Part shown: piece by piece, positions 18,062 to 24,000 of the stretch
Numbering within the stretch: position 1 is the first letter of the stretch
Layout: each line of letters begins with the position of its first letter
Source of the DNA: Ferrovaceae bacterium
Lineage (GTDB): Bacteria > Pseudomonadota > Gammaproteobacteria > Burkholderiales > Ferrovaceae
Direction: 5' to 3'
Assembly (NCBI GenBank): GCA_027442615.1
Contig: DAIBBI010000026.1
Coordinates: 1 to 24,000 of the forward strand
DNA length: 24,000 bases
The notes under the pieces: model-generated
Told to the model about the DNA's origin: nothing
The model's input: the letters and a program-made list of their open reading frames with translations, nothing else
Databases searched by the model: none
Translations under genes and position numbers: made by a program

Positions 18062-18771
18062 CGGCGTTGCTGCAGGTCCAGGGGCTCGGTGTGCATTATG
18101 GCGGCATCGAGGCGGTGGCGAATCTTGACCTTGAAGTACGGCAGGGCGAGCGGGTGACGCTCATTGGCGCCAACGGTGCGGGAAAGAGCAGCACGCTCAA
18201 GGCGCTTGCCGGACTGGTGGCGCTTAGCGCCGGTTCAGTTCGATATGATGGCACCGATATGGCCGCGTTGCCCGCCTGGCAGCGGGTGGGGCGGGGCTTG
18301 TGCCTGGTGCCTGAAGGACGCGGCGTGTTCAGCCGCCTGACCATCGAGGAAAACCTCTTGATGGGCGCCTACCACCGTGGCAGGGTGCCGCAACTTTCGC
18401 GGGAGCTCGATCGCGTCTACGGGCTGTTGACGCGCTTGCACGAGCGTCGCCACCAAGCTGCGGGCACGCTTTCCGGGGGCGAGCAGCAGATGCTGGCGAT
18501 CGGGCGGGCGCTGATGGCCAAGCCGCGCCTGTTGATGCTGGATGAACCCAGCATGGGGCTGGCCCCCTTGATGGTGGAAAAGGTTTTTGAGGTGATCCGC
18601 AACATTGCGGCAGAGGGCGTGACGCTGTTGCTGGTGGAGCAAAATGCCCGCCTTGCACTGGAGGTCTGCGACCGCGCTTATGTCATGGAGTCGGGGCGCA
18701 TCGTGCTGACTGACAGTGCGGCCCGGTGCCTCGACAACCCATTGGTGCGGGCGGCGTATCTGGGGGAATAA
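18058..18771 (+). CDS. livF: Branched-chain amino acid ABC transporter ATP-binding protein
   Basis: The GTG start overlaps the livG TGA. Walker A GANGAGKSS, signature LSGGEQQMLAIGRAL, Walker B LLMLDEPSMGL. Confidence 0.9.
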   Translation: MTALLQVQGLGVHYGGIEAVANLDLEVRQGERVTLIGANGAGKSSTLKALAGLVALSAGSVRYDGTDMAALPAWQRVGRGLCLVPEGRGVFSRLTIEENLLMGAYHRGRVPQLSRELDRVYGLLTRLHERRHQAAGTLSGGEQQMLAIGRALMAKPRLLMLDEPSMGLAPLMVEKVFEVIRNIAAEGVTLLLVEQNARLALEVCDRAYVMESGRIVLTDSAARCLDNPLVRAAYLGE

Positions 18772-18782
18772 GGGGGCGGGAA

Positions 18783-18871
18783 AAGGAAAAAAGGGGACAG
18801 AAAAAAGGGGACAGACCTCATTTTCGATGAAAATGAGGTCTGTCCCCTTTTTTCTGTCCCCTTTTTTCCTT
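18783..18871. repeat. Palindromic element B: 43-bp arms and a 3-nt loop
   Basis: AAGGAAAAAAGGGGACAGAAAAAAGGGGACAGACCTCATTTTC-GAT-GAAAATGAGGTCTGTCCCCTTTTTTCTGTCCCCTTTTTTCCTT. 43/43 positions are complementary. It holds 2 full units and 2 truncated units (GGGGACAG). Confidence 0.95.
18801..18853. terminator. Probable bidirectional intrinsic terminator between convergent livF and the substrate-binding protein gene
   Basis: The inner hairpin at 18807-18847 has a GC-rich stem base. It is flanked by A6 (18801-18806) and T6 (18848-18853), so either strand reads as stem plus U-tract. Confidence 0.7.
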
Positions 18872-18873
18872 CG

Positions 18874-20019
18874 TTACAGCGGCGTCTTGATGCCCTTCTT
18901 CCACTGATACAGCGTGACTTCGCCGCCCTTGAGGTCGCCGTTGGCATCAAACTGGATGTTGGCGGTGACGCCAGGGTAATTGAGGCTGCCCATCGCAGTC
19001 AGGTATTTGGCGGGATCCGCCGAGTTGGCGGCCTTCATGGCGGCGATCAGCACGCCCACGGCATCGTAGCTGTAAGGCGCATAGTCCTGGATTTCGCCAT
19101 ACTGGGCATTGAAACGCGTTTTGAAATCAGCGCCCTTGGGCATTTTTTCCAGGGGAACGCCCGGCAGGCTGCAGTACACCCCTTCCGCGGCATCACCTGC
19201 CAGTTGGGCAAACTCGTGTGAGCAGCCGCCATCGCCGGTAAGAAAGGCCGAAGTGATCTTGAGGGTTTTGATCTGTTTGGCCATGGGGCCGCTCTGGGCA
19301 TCCATCCCGCCATAAAAGATCAGGTCGGGCGAACGGGATTTGATGCGGGTGAGAATGGACGAAAAATCCGTGCTGTGGTCGTCGGTATGCTCGCGAGCCA
19401 CCACTTTGCCACCGGCTGCGATGACGGATTTTTCAAACTCGTCGGCAAGGCCCTGGCCGTAGGCTGTGGCATCGTCGATGACAGCCACGGTTTTGGCCTT
19501 GAGTGTTCCCGTGACGAATTGTCCCAGCACGCGGCCCTGCTGCTCGTCATTGGCCATGACGCGGAATGCCGTCTTGAAGCCCTGATGCGTGTACTTGGGA
19601 TTGGTAGCCGAAGGGGAAACCTGAACGATGCCGGCGTCGAAATAGACTTTCGACGCGGGAATGGTGGTGCCTGAATTGAGGTGCCCCACCACACCATTGA
19701 CTTTGGCGTCTGCCAGCTTTTGGGCAACGATGGTCCCGGTTTTCGGGTCCGCCGCATCGTCTTCACCCACCAGTTCAAAGTGGGCTTTCTTTCCGCCGAT
19801 GACGATGTTCTGCGCATTGGCGTCTGCAATGGCGAGGCGCGCGCCGTTCTCGTTGTCGTGGCCCAGATGGGATTGGGGTCCGGTGAGCGGGGCAACCGAT
19901 CCGATCCGGACGGTCAGGACGTCGCTACTGGAGGCAGGAGACGGCGCCTTGCCGCATCCTGCCAGAACCAGCGCTACCGCCAGCAGTGGGGCATGCGCCC
20001 CGTTCAGAGCAAGGCGCAT
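18874..20019 (-). CDS. Leu/Ile/Val-type ABC transporter substrate-binding lipoprotein
   Basis: Signal peptide with lipobox LVLAGC. Family motifs include IGSVAPLTGPQSHLGHDNENGARLAIADAN and VNGVVGHLNSG. Confidence 0.9.
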   Translation of the reverse strand: MRLALNGAHAPLLAVALVLAGCGKAPSPASSSDVLTVRIGSVAPLTGPQSHLGHDNENGARLAIADANAQNIVIGGKKAHFELVGEDDAADPKTGTIVAQKLADAKVNGVVGHLNSGTTIPASKVYFDAGIVQVSPSATNPKYTHQGFKTAFRVMANDEQQGRVLGQFVTGTLKAKTVAVIDDATAYGQGLADEFEKSVIAAGGKVVAREHTDDHSTDFSSILTRIKSRSPDLIFYGGMDAQSGPMAKQIKTLKITSAFLTGDGGCSHEFAQLAGDAAEGVYCSLPGVPLEKMPKGADFKTRFNAQYGEIQDYAPYSYDAVGVLIAAMKAANSADPAKYLTAMGSLNYPGVTANIQFDANGDLKGGEVTLYQWKKGIKTPL

Positions 20020-20025
20020 GGCAGC

Positions 20026-20340
20026 TTAGTGGGACAGAACCCACTTCACCAGGCTGTGCAGATCTGCATCGGAAACCTTTGCATTGGCAGGCATGGGCAT
20101 GGGGCCCCAGACGCCGCCGCCGCCATTTTTGACCTTGGCCACGAGCTTGGCTTCGGCATCTGGCTGGCCTTTGTATTTGGCCGCAACATCCTTGTAGGAG
20201 GGGCCAAGCACTTTTTTGTCTTCGGCGTGGCAGGCAAGACAACCGTTTTTCTTGGCCAGCGCCAGGCCATCTTCAGCCATGACGGTGGTACCCACGGTCA
20301 GCAAGCCGGCTGCGATCAAAGCAATTTTCAGGGATTTCAT
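20026..20340 (-). CDS. Class I c-type cytochrome (c551/c552 type)
   Basis: The start at MKSLKIALIAAG (cat at 20338-20340) has GGAGA 8 nt upstream. Heme motif CLACH, and a Met ligand region GVWGPMPMP. Confidence 0.9.
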   Translation of the reverse strand: MKSLKIALIAAGLLTVGTTVMAEDGLALAKKNGCLACHAEDKKVLGPSYKDVAAKYKGQPDAEAKLVAKVKNGGGGVWGPMPMPANAKVSDADLHSLVKWVLSH

Positions 20341-20376
20341 GTGCAATTTCTCCAAATGTAGGGAATGACAAGCTGC

Positions 20377-20456
20377 GGGGGACAGACCCCCATCGTTTCT
20401 TTACACCTGTTGTCGCTGTCTCCTGAATCCGAAGATGAGGTCTGTCCCCTATCTTC
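20377..20456. repeat. Element C: two inverted units separated by a 45-nt non-palindromic spacer
   Basis: GGGGGACAGACCCCC (20377-20391) and GAGGTCTGTCCCC (20437-20449). The right unit is bracketed by GAAGAT (20431-20436) and ATCTTC (20451-20456). A degenerate unit GCTGTCTCC lies at 20415-20423. Confidence 0.75.
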
Positions 20457-20473
20457 GCTTTGGGGCTATGCCC

Positions 20474-21274
20474 TCATGTTTTCTCACTGGGCATGATAGC
20501 CGATTTTTTAGACCATCTCCACAAGTACAGCCCGAGCAGGATCATGGGCAGGCTGAGCCACTGTCCCATGCTCATGCCAAAGGTGAGCAGGCCGAGAAAG
20601 TCATCGGGTTCGCGGGTAAATTCCACCAGAAAGCGGAAGGTGCCGTAGCCCATCAGGAAGAGGGCGGAAATCTGCCCGGTGGGGCGTTGCCGGCGACTGA
20701 AGCCCAGCAGCAATGCCCCCAGAACGAGCCCTTCCAGCACGGCTTCGTACAATTGTGAGGGATGGCGCGGAAAGGCGTCCACATGGGGGAAGACCATGCC
20801 CCAGGAGACGCTGGTGACGCGGCCTGGGAGTTCGCCGTTGATGAAGTTGCCAATGCGCCCAAAGCCCAGGCCAAAGGTGACGAGGGGGGCCACGAAATCG
20901 GTGACGTCCAGCCAGCGGCGGCCGTGGCGTCGGGCAAACAGCCAGCCCCCCAGGATCACGCCCAGAAAGCCGCCATGAAAGGACATGCCCCCCTGCCATA
21001 CGGCAACGATGTCGAAGGGGTGGGCCAGATAATAGTCCGGCTTGTAGAACAGGACATACCCCAGGCGCCCACCCAGAATCACGCCCAGCACCACGTAGGT
21101 GAGGAAGTTGTCCGCCTCTTCCACAGTCCACTTCAGCCAGGGCTGCGTGCGGATGCGCCAGCGCGCCGCCCAGGCTCCGGCGAGAAACCCGACGAGATAC
21201 ATGAGGCCATACCAGCGCACGGCAAGCGGGCCCAGATGCAGGGCCACAGGATCAAAATCGGGATGAATCAGCAT
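20474..21274 (-). CDS. lgt: Prolipoprotein diacylglyceryl transferase
   Basis: [43 protein letters not shown]. Confidence 0.95.
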   Translation of the reverse strand: MLIHPDFDPVALHLGPLAVRWYGLMYLVGFLAGAWAARWRIRTQPWLKWTVEEADNFLTYVVLGVILGGRLGYVLFYKPDYYLAHPFDIVAVWQGGMSFHGGFLGVILGGWLFARRHGRRWLDVTDFVAPLVTFGLGFGRIGNFINGELPGRVTSVSWGMVFPHVDAFPRHPSQLYEAVLEGLVLGALLLGFSRRQRPTGQISALFLMGYGTFRFLVEFTREPDDFLGLLTFGMSMGQWLSLPMILLGLYLWRWSKKSAIMPSEKT

Positions 21275-21302
21275 GGGTGCATTGCCTTAGGATAAAATGG
21301 AC

Positions 21303-21312
21303 GATTATACCG
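21303..21312 (-). promoter_or_regulatory. Candidate -10 element (CGGTATAATC on the minus strand) upstream of lgt
   Basis: A perfect TATAAT (reverse complement of attata at 21304-21309) lies 30 nt upstream of the lgt ATG. The 10-mer is identical to the one upstream of dusB. No convincing -35 was found. Confidence 0.3.
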
Positions 21313-21336
21313 ACCCAATGTTGCAGGAGATTTCCC

Positions 21337-23013
<1,677 letters not shown>

Positions 23014-23023
23014 TCGCAAAAAG

Positions 23024-23094
23024 GGGGACAGACCTCAAAAGAAAGGGACAGACCCCAATTTGGGGTCTGTCCCTTTCTTTTGAGGTCTGTCCCC
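23024..23094. repeat. Palindromic element D: 35-bp arms around a single central T, with 4 unit copies
   Basis: GGGGACAGACCTCAAAAGAAAGGGACAGACCCCAA-T-TTGGGGTCTGTCCCTTTCTTTTGAGGTCTGTCCCC. 35/35 positions are complementary. Confidence 0.95.
23037..23081. terminator. Probable bidirectional intrinsic terminator between convergent ilvD and the porin gene
   Basis: The inner hairpin at 23045-23073 is flanked by AAAAGAAA (23037-23044) and TTTCTTTT (23074-23081). Confidence 0.6.
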
Positions 23095-23174
23095 TCCAGG
23101 CGGTAACTGACATCCGGCAGATGGCCGTGAGGGAGAGTCATGGACCACCCACCGGATAACAGCGTCAGTTAAGG

Positions 23175-24000
23175 CTAGAACTGCAACTGCGCACCCAGGA
23201 TGAGGCTGTTGGCCGAAGGCGCATTCACGATGCTGGTGCGTTCGTAGGCGGCGGTGAATTTGGCGTCGTAACCCTTGACGATGTAGTTCAGGCCAAAATC
23301 ATCCTTCTTGGTTTGCACGGTCTGACCCGCCAGGATTCCGGTGTCTACGCTGTCCGGACTGAAGTTCTGGTGCTGGTAGTAGGGCTGGAATTTGCCGTAG
23401 CCCAGCTTCTGGGGAAACAGAAAGGCCACCGTGCCCAGATACGCTGTGCCCTGATAGGCGGGCCCGCCCCAGCAGCCGGGCGATCCTGCCTGGCAGTAAC
23501 TGTCCAGAACGCCCTGGGTGTCCACCTTGTAATACGCACCACTGAGCGTGAAGGCTCCACCTTCCATGACCTTCTTTTCCATCAGGAAGTCGATGTTCCA
23601 CGCCTTGTAGTCGGCTGTGACGCCGCTTGCCGAAGTCACGCCGTTCTTCTGCGTCATTCCGGCCAGGCCCAGCGCCAGCACGTCCTTGGTCCCGTAGTAG
23701 CTGCTGCTTGCAAAGTAGGCGGGATCCACCTTGGTGTCCCAGAAGTTGTAGTTGAGGCGACCGGTGTACATGAGGTCTGAACTGCCTCCCCCGCCCTGGT
23801 ACTGGTTGCTGATTCCCGAATTGTGGCCCCGACCCTGATAGGCACCCACGGCATAAGTCAGGCGGTCGTCGGCCACCACGCCCCACACGGTGGCACCCTG
23901 GTCGCGACCGTCAAGATACTGTTCCTTGTACACGGAAGCCACGCCGGGATAACTCCATGAAGTGATATAGAACGGACCTTCCATATCGGCACGATCCGCA
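23175..24000 (-). CDS. Outer-membrane beta-barrel porin, 5' end outside the window
   Basis: The frame stays open beyond the listed ATG up to the window edge. The sequence has an alternating amphipathic pattern rich in Gly/Tyr/Asn and a C-terminal ...LILGAQLQF ending in Phe. I do not recognise the porin subfamily. Confidence 0.75.
   Translation of the reverse strand, partial: ADRADMEGPFYITSWSYPGVASVYKEQYLDGRDQGATVWGVVADDRLTYAVGAYQGRGHNSGISNQYQGGGGSSDLMYTGRLNYNFWDTKVDPAYFASSSYYGTKDVLALGLAGMTQKNGVTSASGVTADYKAWNIDFLMEKKVMEGGAFTLSGAYYKVDTQGVLDSYCQAGSPGCWGGPAYQGTAYLGTVAFLFPQKLGYGKFQPYYQHQNFSPDSVDTGILAGQTVQTKKDDFGLNYIVKGYDAKFTAAYERTSIVNAPSANSLILGAQLQF

Noticed and set aside
18678-18950. The ORF pair 18678..18950 (minus) and 18716..18907 (plus), which share the segment MRSVPFFLSPFF and a common KRGQTSFS motif
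   Set aside because: Both are read straight through perfect palindrome B, so the shared peptide is a symmetry artefact. They also overlap livF and the 3' end of the binding-protein gene.
20029-20044. GTGGGACAGAACCCAC at the cytochrome c stop, resembling the repeat unit
   Set aside because: It differs from the unit by a 1-nt insertion and lies inside coding sequence that encodes KWVLSH. The near-match GGGTCCGTCCC at 8501-8511 in purH is similar. Both are too degenerate to count as family members.

Overview
High-GC chromosomal window that is almost entirely housekeeping. Gene content and synteny (dusB-fis-purH-purD, polA, thrB plus DUF2782, livHMGF, lgt, ilvD) look like a betaproteobacterial-type core genome; that taxonomic call is inference from synteny only. 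I support 27 protein-coding genes, two of them cut by the window edges, and one a 43-aa ORF below the ORF-track size cutoff. I found no rRNA, tRNA, CRISPR array, transposase, integrase, prophage, toxin-antitoxin or recognisable defence genes, so I cannot support a claim of a new multi-gene system. Two things go beyond ordinary annotation. (1) A dispersed family of nested, perfectly symmetric palindromes is built from one 11-nt unit (GGGGACAGACC / GGTCTGTCCCC). It occupies four intergenic loci between 17.2 and 23.1 kb: 17229-17301, 18783-18871, 20377-20456 and 23024-23094. Two loci look like bidirectional terminators. One sits inside the liv operon and overlaps the livG start. Two solitary unit copies lie inside CDSs. 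(2) At 1-4269 there is a non-canonical cbb3-oxidase/copper-handling cluster. It contains a CcoG-like ferredoxin, a FixP_N-like membrane protein, a FixH-like lipoprotein, a stand-alone 174-aa mini heme-copper-oxidase subunit I, a 43-aa membrane peptide, and an FGE-fold protein lacking the catalytic Cys pair that is translationally coupled to SCO1. The many long ORFs antisense to real genes are high-GC artefacts.
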